A stretch of DNA of 36,820 nucleotides, from the sequence record PZ239915.1. One strand, given 5' to 3'. This DNA is from a phage. Shown here piece by piece: positions 7,077 through 15,240 of the stretch. The notes below the pieces were generated by a model that had not been told where the DNA came from, searched no databases, and worked only from the letters and a program-made list of their open reading frames with translations. The position numbers and the translations under genes are program-made. Numbering within the stretch: position 1 is the stretch's first letter; each line of letters starts with the position of its first letter.

Positions 7077-8660
7077 TCACCCAAGCAATCTCGGATTAAT
7101 GTAAACTTTATCACCAATCAGGCACGTGTAGTTTTTCTCGTCAAGCATTGGCAGCAAGTGATCTTTAATCTTCGTCATTACCCCCGCCTGGGCTTCGAAA
7201 GGTTTAACCTTGCGCGCCGCCTCGTATAGGGAGCGAATACCTACTACGCCCTTCCCATTTTTGCCTTGCTTGATCAGTATGTCAATCAGCTTGTTCATCT
7301 CTGCACTGTCACCAGCGTGACCAGCGGCGTTAGCAGATGAAAGGTAAGTTTTGCTCAGTTCATTAAATATAATTACAGCCTCCTGCATGGTATCAAGCTC
7401 AATCTCCCTGGACTTCCGCGGACTCCCGCCGTTAGGGTTGAACCAGTTACGAACAGTATGAAGAACAGCCGCAATCCTGATGGCCTGTTTATCAAACTTA
7501 CCCAGCGCGCCTCGCAACATTGTATGTGAATACTTCCCGCCATCAGCAAGGTGAGGTTCCATCTCCTGACGTGCTCGGTTGAGATACTTCATCGCTGAGT
7601 TGCTTACTGTCAGCTTAACATCTTGCTCATTCATTATTTCGTGAACCAGGCGGAAGTAGTCAGCCTTTAGCCCACCATCAATAGGTTCGTAAGTTGAGTC
7701 TCCATTTTCATCAACGAATACACGCTCGCCCAGGAATGACTTTTCACGCACCAGCAGAAAACGTTCCGATACACCGATACCTCGCGCACCAGCATTCATG
7801 ATTGCGTTTATTGTCTCATCTTGCGCAATTACAGAGATGCATCCCATAGCGACGAAACTCATGTTGTTTTCTGCGTTCGCACGCGCAATGGACACGTTAC
7901 CAGCATCCCATGCTTTCAGCACAAGCTCGCTGTTCGTTTTCTTCGAGCCATCACCATAGGTCATACCTAGCAGAGAGTTCACGCTCGTTGCTTCATCAGA
8001 GATAACTGCGAAGTTGCCCTGGCGGTTGTTTATTCGCGCAAGACCTTCAGGCGTCGTATCTGATACTGGAAATACGATATCGCAAAGTTTCTCGAGTTTT
8101 TCCTCTAGTTCCTCTTTCTCTTCGAAGAGAGAAGCCATTTCTGAAGGTGATTTCTCCTGCTTCATCTCTTTGGATAATGCAGATAGTTTAGCCATGATCT
8201 TTTTGCGCTCACGCTTCCGCAACTCATTCAGTCGCTCAGTCTCAGCAATCATTGGAGCAATTGAAAGTGAGTTGATTGCTGATTTACCTGTCGATGGCGG
8301 CTGACTGGTTACGACGTATAGAGAGGTCGGTTGCTGGGTTCCGTGATACTCAACAGTAAATCGCCCCAGCATGGAGGCAGAAATACACCCCAGAAAGTGC
8401 ATATAAGCTGAAGACTCTGGAAATTGAACCGAACGAGCAATATTGGCTGACAGTTTACCAACAACGTCAATATCATTGCCGAGTGAGATTACCGGGTATT
8501 TGTCATTTGCTGCATCAATCTCGACCGGAGCCTTCCAGAATGATTGGGACTGGCGATAGCCATTGGCATTAATGGCGACTCGCAGTGGCGGGAGGTTGTC
8601 TGCGGCAGCAATTGCCATAACCTGTTCAACAGATAGTTTATCTTCGTTGAAATCAAACAT
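7077..8660 (-). CDS. hypothetical 527-aa protein with P-loop-like core
   Basis: Long ORF; deviant Walker A TSQPPSTGKS and Walker-B-like FAVISDEAT in the central region. N- and C-terminal ~45 and ~75 aa are paralogous to the 174-aa protein at 11389..11913. Confidence 0.7.
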   Translation of the reverse strand: MFDFNEDKLSVEQVMAIAAADNLPPLRVAINANGYRQSQSFWKAPVEIDAANDKYPVISLGNDIDVVGKLSANIARSVQFPESSAYMHFLGCISASMLGRFTVEYHGTQQPTSLYVVTSQPPSTGKSAINSLSIAPMIAETERLNELRKRERKKIMAKLSALSKEMKQEKSPSEMASLFEEKEELEEKLEKLCDIVFPVSDTTPEGLARINNRQGNFAVISDEATSVNSLLGMTYGDGSKKTNSELVLKAWDAGNVSIARANAENNMSFVAMGCISVIAQDETINAIMNAGARGIGVSERFLLVREKSFLGERVFVDENGDSTYEPIDGGLKADYFRLVHEIMNEQDVKLTVSNSAMKYLNRARQEMEPHLADGGKYSHTMLRGALGKFDKQAIRIAAVLHTVRNWFNPNGGSPRKSREIELDTMQEAVIIFNELSKTYLSSANAAGHAGDSAEMNKLIDILIKQGKNGKGVVGIRSLYEAARKVKPFEAQAGVMTKIKDHLLPMLDEKNYTCLIGDKVYINPRLLG

Positions 8661-8690
8661 TACTTCTCTCCGTGTTGTTTCTGAGCGGCC

Positions 8691-8741
8691 ATTATATCAA
8701 CGACCGCTTATAATGCGTTATCAATTTGTGCTATTTACAGG
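8691..8741 (-). promoter_or_regulatory. conserved box variant + -10 (minus strand)
   Basis: Minus strand reads TAAATAGCACAAATTGATAACG, 22 bp, TATAAT, upstream of the 527-aa gene. Confidence 0.5.
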
Positions 8742-9121
8742 TATTGCGCCTCGAAGTGATATGTCTCACAAAGAGTGTAAAATCCAACATCCTCGCTACG
8801 GTAAAGCTGCCATGGCTGACCATCCTCATCGTAAATGTATCCGGCAGACTGACCAAGCCCGGCATGAAGATTTACCTGGTAACGCTTGTTTTCTTTAAAG
8901 TCTTTTTTTACTCCCGACTTGTGGTTAACCTTTGTGCAGTAAAGGGTTTTAGTCTTAATGTATTTGCCGCGCTCATTTAAGTAAATCCATTTCCCATCTT
9001 TCTTGATTTGCTCAAATTCCACCTCCTCAACTACACCATTAATCCATTGGGGGGCCTTTTTAACGCGAGCTTTGTAGAGTACGTTTTCGTTGCTAATGAA
9101 GTTTTTAGTTGTTGTTGTCAT
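8735..9121 (-). CDS. hypothetical protein (128 aa)
   Basis: Track ORF; promoter box, -10-like hexamer and CATCGAAACGAAAC leader on the minus strand upstream. Confidence 0.55.
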   Translation of the reverse strand: MTTTTKNFISNENVLYKARVKKAPQWINGVVEEVEFEQIKKDGKWIYLNERGKYIKTKTLYCTKVNHKSGVKKDFKENKRYQVNLHAGLGQSAGYIYDEDGQPWQLYRSEDVGFYTLCETYHFEAQYL

Positions 9122-9156
9122 TTTGTTTGCCCTTGCGTGTTTCGTTTCGATGAGAT

Positions 9157-9204
9157 GAATATACAGGAAAAGCCCCGAAGGGCTTTAGCAATTCGTGCTA
9201 TTTC
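9157..9204 (-). promoter_or_regulatory. conserved palindromic box + -10-like hexamer (minus strand)
   Basis: Minus strand reads AAATAGCACGAATTGCTAAAG, 23 bp containing a hairpin, TATATT, then CATCTCATCGAAACGAAAC leader. Confidence 0.45.
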
Positions 9205-9346
9205 GTGCCTTTTCTATCGCCTTAAGCATAATCTCGTGACTTTCCAGCAAGTCCTCTCGGAACCAGTCTCCGCACGGCCATCCCTTCCCGCTATATGCAC
9301 TTATTACCTCAAGGTCGAAATAATTTATCTCAGATGGTAGTAGCAT
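9185..9346 (-). CDS. hypothetical protein (53 aa)
   Basis: Manual ORF; start overlaps the upstream stop (TGATG); C-terminus NSTNC is encoded by the palindromic box, as in the kinase gene. Confidence 0.35.
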   Translation of the reverse strand: MLLPSEINYFDLEVISAYSGKGWPCGDWFREDLLESHEIMLKAIEKARNSTNC

Positions 9347-9549
9347 CAGTAGTCATCCTCATCCTCATCTTCTTGTTCAAAGTCCCACACAATGTATTCG
9401 CCCAATCTTTGAATCTCAGCACCAGAAAGAAAGACACCCAAAGCGAACGATCTGTCGTCATCAGTCTTGAAATAATCTAAAGGATAACGCTCGTAAAACT
9501 TATTAGTTAAGTGTGCAATGTCAAACTTATCTGATTGATTAACCATCAT
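9346..9549 (-). CDS. small acidic protein (67 aa)
   Basis: Track ORF trimmed to the ATG that overlaps the upstream TGA; C-terminal EQEDEDEDDY tail; GAGGTGA RBS. Confidence 0.45.
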   Translation of the reverse strand: MMVNQSDKFDIAHLTNKFYERYPLDYFKTDDDRSFALGVFLSGAEIQRLGEYIVWDFEQEDEDEDDY

Positions 9550-9785
9550 TTCACCTCGTAAAAAGTTGCGATTCCAGGAATAAACATTCCAACCTTCCAG
9601 CCAGCGATAGCAATCCATCCAGAATCGTGCTTGTGCGGTCGCTCAGCGCCATTAATCACCCATTCGTTCGGGATTGTCTTCCCGTTAATGATTAGCGGCT
9701 CAGCGTCGTATACAGAGCCTTTTACGAATGGTGTTAAAATCTTCTTGTCGGTACTGGTAATAACGTTAGTGCAGCGAATTTTCAT
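9546..9785 (-). CDS. hypothetical protein (79 aa)
   Basis: Track ORF; GGTGGTAG RBS; ATGA overlap with the upstream ORF. Confidence 0.5.
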   Translation of the reverse strand: MKIRCTNVITSTDKKILTPFVKGSVYDAEPLIINGKTIPNEWVINGAERPHKHDSGWIAIAGWKVGMFIPGIATFYEVK

Positions 9786-9955
9786 TCTACCACCTCAAAC
9801 TCACCAGGGTGAATAACAAGTGGCTTAGATGTGCCATCCATTATTACAACCTTTCCATCTCCGCAATCCATGAGCACATCGTGAACTTCGCCAACCTCAA
9901 TGCCGTAATAATCTGGCGTGTAAATCGTGTCAAACTTAACAATCTTAATTTTCAT
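9782..9955 (-). CDS. hypothetical protein (57 aa)
   Basis: Manual translation (MKIKIVKFDTIYTPDYYGIEVGEVHD...); stop overlaps the next start. Confidence 0.35.
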   Translation of the reverse strand: MKIKIVKFDTIYTPDYYGIEVGEVHDVLMDCGDGKVVIMDGTSKPLVIHPGEFEVVE

Positions 9956-9965
9956 ATCTCAAGCC

Positions 9966-10145
9966 TCAAATAAATGGTAAGCATTCTTCGCAGCCAAGCC
10001 CATCGCAGCACATGAATTCATCCTCTGACTGGAATTGCTTAGCCAAATCTATGTCCAACTTTCCGAGCACCACAAGGTCGGTGTAATCTTCGTTAAGTCC
10101 AATCAGTGCGCACTCGTGGCGTAACTCATCTTTATCAATCTTCAT
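9966..10145 (-). CDS. hypothetical Cys-rich protein (59 aa)
   Basis: Manual translation; GAGGGGAT RBS; C-terminal CCDGLGCEEC cluster suggests metal binding. First gene of the leftward unit next to the control region. Confidence 0.35.
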   Translation of the reverse strand: MKIDKDELRHECALIGLNEDYTDLVVLGKLDIDLAKQFQSEDEFMCCDGLGCEECLPFI

Positions 10146-10846
10146 ATCTATCCCCTCGTTGTTGATGAGTTAACTATAGCCACACCATACCATAATGTCT
10201 TTAGCAAAAAGTGCCATTCGTTAGATTTATGTATTGTTGCAGATATTGCAATGATTCACATGATTATTGCACATACAGCAATATTGCTTCAGATGCAATG
10301 ATGTTTTTGATTGTTGCGAGATTTGTAATGATTGATGCGTGAGGTGAATGAAAGATGGATGGACTACCATACAAGTTGATTTTACCAATCGATGAGCCAT
10401 TCTTGTGATATACGAGTAACCCACGTATACCAAGTGTCGTCACAAAAGTTAGTGGGCACTAACCTACGTTTTTACGCGAGATATACACACGATATACATT
10501 AAAATATCTATATATATCAACCTTTTACTTTATTATTATTATTATTATTATATATATGTATACTGCGTATACCGATCATTGGTGAGATAATTGATATGTT
10601 CCGCGCAGATATTCTGTCACCTGTAGGAAAAGGATGACACTGTAGGAATAGATAGGCATGCATGCGGCCTGGTGGGTAAAAAAGTGTATACACGGCGTAC
10701 GCGCAATATACATATAGAGATGATGCGGTGCTAGAGGCGGTTTTGCGTATTAGGTTAAAAATATACAAAGAAATACTTTGACTAACGCGTAAATCTGATG
10801 CAATATACCAATCACTGAAACGAAGTACACAACAACGAGGTTATAC
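10146..10846. promoter_or_regulatory. divergent intergenic control region (candidate operators/origin)
   Basis: About 700 bp with no credible ORF between divergent gene sets. Contains two ~24-bp repeats ATTGTTGC(A/G)AGAT(A/T)TTG(C/T)AATGATT at 10232 and 10309, palindromes GCAATATTGC and GTGTATACAC, a (TTA)7 tract at ~10530, and CTGTAGGAA x2 at 10621 and 10640. Confidence 0.5.
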
Positions 10847-11389
10847 ATGAATGAAGTAACGCTTGGTGAAGTAATCAGGAATATGGTAAGTAAAGCCATG
10901 GAGTCCAGCAGTGGTGAGTTTAAGGTTCCTGTAAGGGAAATATTCAAGGTGCTTAGAGGTCGGGATTATCCTGAGCTAAAGTATGATGTTGAAACTGATG
11001 AGATCATCAACCTTAAGGAGCGGTCAATTCCAGAATTGAAGAACTCATACATTTACAATACGGTATCAAGGATGCCTCAGCTAAGAGTTGCAGGAAAGCA
11101 TGCTAAGCACAAGATAATCTGGATTGATGATGATGGTGAGCAGACGAGTGCAAAGCAATTCGACGGTGACGGTGCAGATAAGTATCTTGTAATCCAGATC
11201 TGCGATGGTGAACATAAGAAGAGCGAGAGCGCCAGGCGAAAGAGAGATAGCGACGCTGCTGTTATTGAATCATTCAAGTCAAGACTAATGAAGGTAGTAC
11301 CTAGCGTTATGGACTTAGATGGTGAGCAGAAGGTTGGCGCAGAGATTGCTATCGGTAGATTTTATGATTTGATTAAGGATGCTAAATAA
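10847..11389 (+). CDS. hypothetical protein (180 aa)
   Basis: First ORF of the rightward unit after the control region; GAGG RBS; stop overlaps the next start. Confidence 0.55.
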   Translation: MNEVTLGEVIRNMVSKAMESSSGEFKVPVREIFKVLRGRDYPELKYDVETDEIINLKERSIPELKNSYIYNTVSRMPQLRVAGKHAKHKIIWIDDDGEQTSAKQFDGDGADKYLVIQICDGEHKKSESARRKRDSDAAVIESFKSRLMKVVPSVMDLDGEQKVGAEIAIGRFYDLIKDAK

Positions 11390-11913
11390 TGTTTGATTTC
11401 AACGAAGACAAATTGACGGATGAACAGATTATGAGTATTGCAAAGCAGGATGGAATTCCACCGCTACGGATTGCAATCAATGCAAATGGGTATCGGCATG
11501 TTCAGCACCTCTGGGGCCAGCCTGATGCATCGGGAGTCTACATAGATGAAGAGCTGGGAGTTCTGATTAAGTTGATTAGGAAAATGGCAAGGAACGGGAG
11601 GGGAGTGGTGGGTGTCAAGTCTGTACACGAGGGCGCTCGCAAGATTAAGCCGTTCGTAGGACGCTTTGATGTCATGCGCATAATCAAGGATGAACTAATC
11701 CCAGCACTTGATAAGATGAATCTCACATGCCTCATTGGCGATAAGATTTATGTTCATCCGGCAATCATTGATGAGTACTGGCAGCCTAACTTCAAAACTT
11801 ACGAAGGTGAACATGCTAGTAGACTACCATACCACTTGCGGTACAGCGAGGAAGAGGTTGAGGTGGCCATTGAGTTCTATAGGAAAGCTAAATCACTACT
11901 GAATGGTAAATAG
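11389..11913 (+). CDS. short paralogue of the 527-aa protein (N- and C-terminal modules only)
   Basis: MFDFNEDKL...PPLRIAINANGYR and GRGVVGVKS...KPF...TCLIGDKIY match both ends of the 7077..8660 product; first 20 nt are identical to that gene's start. Confidence 0.6.
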   Translation: MFDFNEDKLTDEQIMSIAKQDGIPPLRIAINANGYRHVQHLWGQPDASGVYIDEELGVLIKLIRKMARNGRGVVGVKSVHEGARKIKPFVGRFDVMRIIKDELIPALDKMNLTCLIGDKIYVHPAIIDEYWQPNFKTYEGEHASRLPYHLRYSEEEVEVAIEFYRKAKSLLNGK

Positions 11914-11953
11914 CACTTTTTGCCTAACGCGGTAATGCCATGGATGGCATAAT
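11908..11953 (+). promoter_or_regulatory. conserved box variant + -10-like hexamer
   Basis: AAATAGCACTTTTTGCCTAA, 22 bp, CATAAT. Confidence 0.45.
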
Positions 11954-11992
11954 AGCCTCATCGAAACGAGATACGTAAATTAGGGATTTAAA

Positions 11993-12211
11993 ATGAGCAA
12001 GACAATCACGCTGCAATGCCTTAAGACAAATAATCCAGAGTTCTTAAAAGGTCACAAATATGTAGCAACTCTGGTAGACGGTAAAACATGGGCAGTTAAG
12101 GGGGGATTCCAGGATTACAAATTCCCACTCGAGCACATTCCTGGTGGAAATCTTGGTTTTGTTAGTAGCTGCCGCTCGGTTAAGTTCGTGTTTGAAGTGG
12201 TAATGAAATAG
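11993..12211 (+). CDS. hypothetical protein (72 aa)
   Basis: Track ORF preceded by promoter box, CATAAT and CATCGAAACGAGA leader. Confidence 0.5.
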   Translation: MSKTITLQCLKTNNPEFLKGHKYVATLVDGKTWAVKGGFQDYKFPLEHIPGGNLGFVSSCRSVKFVFEVVMK

Positions 12212-12251
12212 CACGAATTGCTAAACAATGGATCGGGTAGTCGGCTACGAT
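12206..12251 (+). promoter_or_regulatory. conserved palindromic box + -10-like hexamer
   Basis: AAATAGCACGAATTGCTAAAC, 22 bp, TACGAT. Confidence 0.4.
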
Positions 12252-12275
12252 TACCCCATCGACAACAACGATGAA

Positions 12276-12515
12276 ATGAAGATGGAAAACAATTACGAAA
12301 TGAAAACAGATCGCAAGCTCTTTAAAGACATGGAAGGCGACGACTGCTGGATTGACACGATGACAAATTTCGGAGATGTCACTGTCGAGATTGTAATTGA
12401 CGATGACTCTGGAACCTTTCCCGTGCAAGATGCGGATACCGTACGCGCAATGGGTGAGCACTTAATCAAGATGGCTGACTACATGGAGAGCCAGGGGAAA
12501 TTATCTGTAAATTAA
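12276..12515 (+). CDS. hypothetical protein (start uncertain, 12228 or 12276)
   Basis: Track start 12228 lies inside the promoter spacer. The ATG at 12276 (MKMENNYEMK) parallels the next gene's start MKMENIRIED. Confidence 0.4.
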   Translation: MKMENNYEMKTDRKLFKDMEGDDCWIDTMTNFGDVTVEIVIDDDSGTFPVQDADTVRAMGEHLIKMADYMESQGKLSVN

Positions 12516-12547
12516 TCAAGATTCGCATTATCAATAACAACGAGGAA

Positions 12548-12757
12548 ATGAAGATGGAAAATATTCGTATTGAAGATGTTCACTTTGACCAAGCTGAGGT
12601 CGGAATCACAAAAAGCGTTCAAGGATACGTTGTTTATCTAGACTTCAATCCGGATGACTACGGGGACGGGCAGATGCTGATGCACTACAGTCCTGATCAG
12701 GCGCGCAATCTGGCGGCGGCATTAATCCTGGCGGCGGACGAGATGGAGAAGCAATGA
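12548..12757 (+). CDS. hypothetical protein (69 aa)
   Basis: Track ORF; GAGGAA RBS. Confidence 0.5.
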   Translation: MKMENIRIEDVHFDQAEVGITKSVQGYVVYLDFNPDDYGDGQMLMHYSPDQARNLAAALILAADEMEKQ

Positions 12758-13017
12758 AACGTTTAATGACATGCATGACCATTATTGCGGCAATGATTGT
12801 TCTTACTGGTTGCGAGAAGGCACCGGAGGTTCAGATTCAGTCAGGTGAATTCAATGTGGAGCGTCTATTCACAGTGGATGGATGTACCGCCTACAGATTC
12901 CGAGATAGCGATAGAGCCATCTACTACACAAATTGCCATGGCAGTACGCAGAGTGAGTACAGGTCCGGCAAGGTCATGAAGAAAGAAACAGTTCAGACAG
13001 ATCGCACGAATTGGTAA
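12754..13017 (+). CDS. putative lipoprotein (87 aa)
   Basis: Signal peptide with lipobox LTGC; three further Cys residues; C-terminus DRTNW overlaps a variant palindromic box. Confidence 0.5.
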   Translation: MKRLMTCMTIIAAMIVLTGCEKAPEVQIQSGEFNVERLFTVDGCTAYRFRDSDRAIYYTNCHGSTQSEYRSGKVMKKETVQTDRTNW

Positions 13018-13044
13018 AAGGGGATTCATCATGACTGGTATAAT
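13001..13044 (+). promoter_or_regulatory. conserved box variant + extended -10
   Basis: ATCGCACGAATTGGTAAAAG, 22 bp, TATAAT preceded by TGG. Confidence 0.5.
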
Positions 13045-13197
13045 CCCCAGCATCAACCACATGAATGGAAGTTAAGTGACGATATACGAACATAAATTCA
13101 GTAGCAGGGGTATTGATATGCTACTGCACTATATAGACGAAAAATACGCAAAGCTCATGCTTAAGACGCATGGCGGCACAATAACGAGGGTTGAGAT

Positions 13198-13383
13198 ATG
13201 AGTAAGTACGATCGTGAAATTATTGGAATTGATGGCACGGTAACAACAGTGGATGTTTATCGCGTACTTGATGCATTTGGTGTATCTGACCCAGCCACGC
13301 AGCATGCGATAAAGAAGATGCTCTGCACAGGCTTGCGTGGCCACAAGGATTACCTTACCGACCTCAATGACTCGATTGATTAG
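13198..13383 (+). CDS. hypothetical protein (61 aa)
   Basis: Track ORF downstream of an extended -10 (TGGTATAAT at 13036-13044). Confidence 0.45.
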   Translation: MSKYDREIIGIDGTVTTVDVYRVLDAFGVSDPATQHAIKKMLCTGLRGHKDYLTDLNDSID

Positions 13384-13452
13384 TTACAGAAAGCTAAGGA
13401 GCTTTACGGGCAGAAGATGATTCATGAATCGTCTAAATCAATTCGGGTTGTT

Positions 13453-13498
13453 AAATAGCACTAATTGCTAAGCCCGCTACGGCTGGTTTTGTTATAGT
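13453..13498 (+). promoter_or_regulatory. conserved palindromic box + -10-like hexamer
   Basis: AAATAGCACTAATTGCTA, 22 bp, TATAGT. Confidence 0.5.
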
Positions 13499-13532
13499 TA
13501 GTCAACACCAAGCGAGAGGAAAGGAAGTAAAG

Positions 13533-13718
13533 ATGATTTATCTAACAAAAGAAGAGCTTAAGGCGATAATTATGATTCGTGAGCTGCTTAGCAAGGAGAT
13601 GAAAACACCAAAGTCAAAGATTTACGTATGGGAGTTGTTTGATGACTATGTAAACCTTGATGATTTCACATCTGCCGTTCAGAAAATTAAAGAAGGTATT
13701 TTCGATGATTACAATTAA
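13533..13718 (+). CDS. hypothetical protein (61 aa)
   Basis: Track ORF; promoter box and GAGAGGAAAGGAAG leader upstream. Confidence 0.5.
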   Translation: MIYLTKEELKAIIMIRELLSKEMKTPKSKIYVWELFDDYVNLDDFTSAVQKIKEGIFDDYN

Positions 13719-13923
13719 CCTGTCAGACAAGCAAGCAGCAGAGCTGAAGTACATGCTATCAATCTTTGAGAAGCCAAATGAAAGAGTAATTTCCAAAGAG
13801 GTTATTACTCAAATCAACAACCAGCAGTTCGACGTCAGCGACTTCGAGAGTTCAAGGCAATACGAGACAATGAGCGTCAATGCTGCATACCTGGCTAATT
13901 TGGATAGGGCGACTAATAAATGA
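13705..13923 (+). CDS. hypothetical protein (72 aa)
   Basis: Track ORF 13657..13923 trimmed to the ATG at 13705, which overlaps the end of the previous gene. Confidence 0.45.
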   Translation: MITINLSDKQAAELKYMLSIFEKPNERVISKEVITQINNQQFDVSDFESSRQYETMSVNAAYLANLDRATNK

Positions 13924-14063
13924 TTTACATCCATACGTACTACACTGGCAAGTTCAACAGCGTTAAGCATGTTCGAGTTCACGATAGCTACGAGAGCGCA
14001 AAGGCCCAATGGTTGGTTCTTGGTGGTGATATTAATTCATATAGAGTAGCCGAGCGGCACTAA
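13920..14063 (+). CDS. hypothetical protein (47 aa)
   Basis: Manual ORF; ATGA overlap with the upstream gene; stop TAA inside the palindromic box. Confidence 0.35.
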   Translation: MIYIHTYYTGKFNSVKHVRVHDSYESAKAQWLVLGGDINSYRVAERH

Positions 14064-14097
14064 TTGCTAAAACAGTACCGGGGTAATTTGTTATAGT
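14054..14097 (+). promoter_or_regulatory. conserved palindromic box + -10-like hexamer
   Basis: GCGGCACTAATTGCTAAAA, 22 bp, TATAGT. Confidence 0.45.
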
Positions 14098-14128
14098 TAC
14101 CCAATCTAAAAGAGATGAGGGATTACAG

Positions 14129-14311
14129 ATGGCACGATTTGCCCAATCAGAACCAAAGCTGCAAGCCAACCACTTCGACGGTTATGCGACATTCATCATC
14201 GCCCAGGCATGCGGGATGCGTGAGGAGCCTCAGGTTCACACCATCCATTTAACAGAAGAGCAAGCTCGAGAGTTGGCTTACGAAATTCTAGAGCAATTGA
14301 ACCGAATTTAA
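14129..14311 (+). CDS. hypothetical protein (60 aa)
   Basis: Track ORF preceded by promoter box, TATAGT and a GAGATGAGGGA leader. Confidence 0.5.
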   Translation: MARFAQSEPKLQANHFDGYATFIIAQACGMREEPQVHTIHLTEEQARELAYEILEQLNRI

Positions 14312-14362
14312 CGAGCCTAAAACGCATTCTAACGAGCTATAATTTAAGTAAGGTGATTCATC

Positions 14363-14494
14363 ATGGAAGTACAAGAAAGCCCCGTAGAGTGGTGTAAGCG
14401 AATGCAGGACGAAGCTAAAACTGGTGAAGAGGCGATGGCTTACTACGAACTGGCGCAAATTTGGATGGAACGGGAGAAAAAGAGCAATGACTAA
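14363..14494 (+). CDS. hypothetical protein (43 aa)
   Basis: Manual ORF; AAGGTGA RBS; stop overlaps the next start. Confidence 0.35.
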   Translation: MEVQESPVEWCKRMQDEAKTGEEAMAYYELAQIWMEREKKSND

Positions 14495-14639
14495 CACCTG
14501 TATATTTTTCTATGGACATGAATTTATTGATGACTTGATGTATTTTAATGAAAAGTATGGTGACACATTCGAATGCGACGGTGACAATCTCGAGGTTCTG
14601 TCAACTTTCAATAGAGGTGGAAAAAATGAGCTTCACTGA
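14487..14639 (+). CDS. hypothetical protein (50 aa)
   Basis: Track ORF 14424..14639 trimmed to the ATG at 14487. Confidence 0.4.
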   Translation: MTNTCIFFYGHEFIDDLMYFNEKYGDTFECDGDNLEVLSTFNRGGKNELH

Positions 14640-14778
14640 ATATGTTATCGCATGCGAACGACTGGTCTTTGATATGAAGACTTTTCACTGGTTCATCATT
14701 AAGGATTTAATTAAGCCTTATAAGCAGGGTGTGACACCTGAGGCATTTATCAAGAACTTCTATAGCACTAAAAGCTAA
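14626..14778 (+). CDS. hypothetical protein (50 aa)
   Basis: Track ORF 14548..14778 trimmed to the ATG at 14626 after GGTGGA. Confidence 0.4.
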   Translation: MSFTEYVIACERLVFDMKTFHWFIIKDLIKPYKQGVTPEAFIKNFYSTKS

Positions 14779-14835
14779 GCGCGGTCGCCAAGGGTTGCGT
14801 ATGATTACCACATCAACACAACGAGAGATTGAGAT

Positions 14836-14943
14836 ATGACAAGTTACGGTTCTTACACACTTGGTGAGCTATATGACGCTTACTCATGGGGCTCTGCATC
14901 ACAATGCGACGCAGACACAAAGACAGTTATTATTGAGGGCTGA
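14836..14943 (+). CDS. hypothetical protein (35 aa)
   Basis: Manual ORF; CAACACAACGAGAGATTGAGAT leader/RBS. Confidence 0.3.
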   Translation: MTSYGSYTLGELYDAYSWGSASQCDADTKTVIIEG

Positions 14944-14946
14944 ATA

Positions 14947-15183
14947 ATGTTTGGTCTAGAAGATTCATACTTTAACGCAGTAAAGCGCCAGGCAGATAAG
15001 CTGAACGATGAGTACAGCAAGCTGGGCGCAAAGAAGAAAGATGATAAGGTTGTGGCCGCACTAATCACGCAGGTTTGGTGTCCGGTATCAACCTTAATCG
15101 CTCGCGATAAATTTGTGTGGATTGCTGGTTATCGAAAAGGTCGCGTTGGTCATGACGAGAATGGGAATAGCCTTTATGAGTGA
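14947..15183 (+). CDS. hypothetical protein (78 aa)
   Basis: Track ORF. Confidence 0.5.
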   Translation: MFGLEDSYFNAVKRQADKLNDEYSKLGAKKKDDKVVAALITQVWCPVSTLIARDKFVWIAGYRKGRVGHDENGNSLYE

Positions 15184-15240
15184 GTTAACAATCTGGTTTG
15201 TCGCAGGGCTTATTACTTGGGCTTACTTTATGGTGATGGC

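Noticed and set aside
8014-8980. Plus-strand track ORFs 8014..8304, 8563..8898, 8726..8980 across the minus-strand island
   Set aside because: Antisense to the 527-aa and 128-aa genes, with Ser/Arg-rich junk-like translations and no start context.
10530-10557. (TTA)7 / (AT)n tract as a possible CRISPR or mobile-element signature
   Set aside because: A simple microsatellite inside the AT-rich control region; no repeat-spacer periodicity, no cas genes, no terminal inverted repeats.
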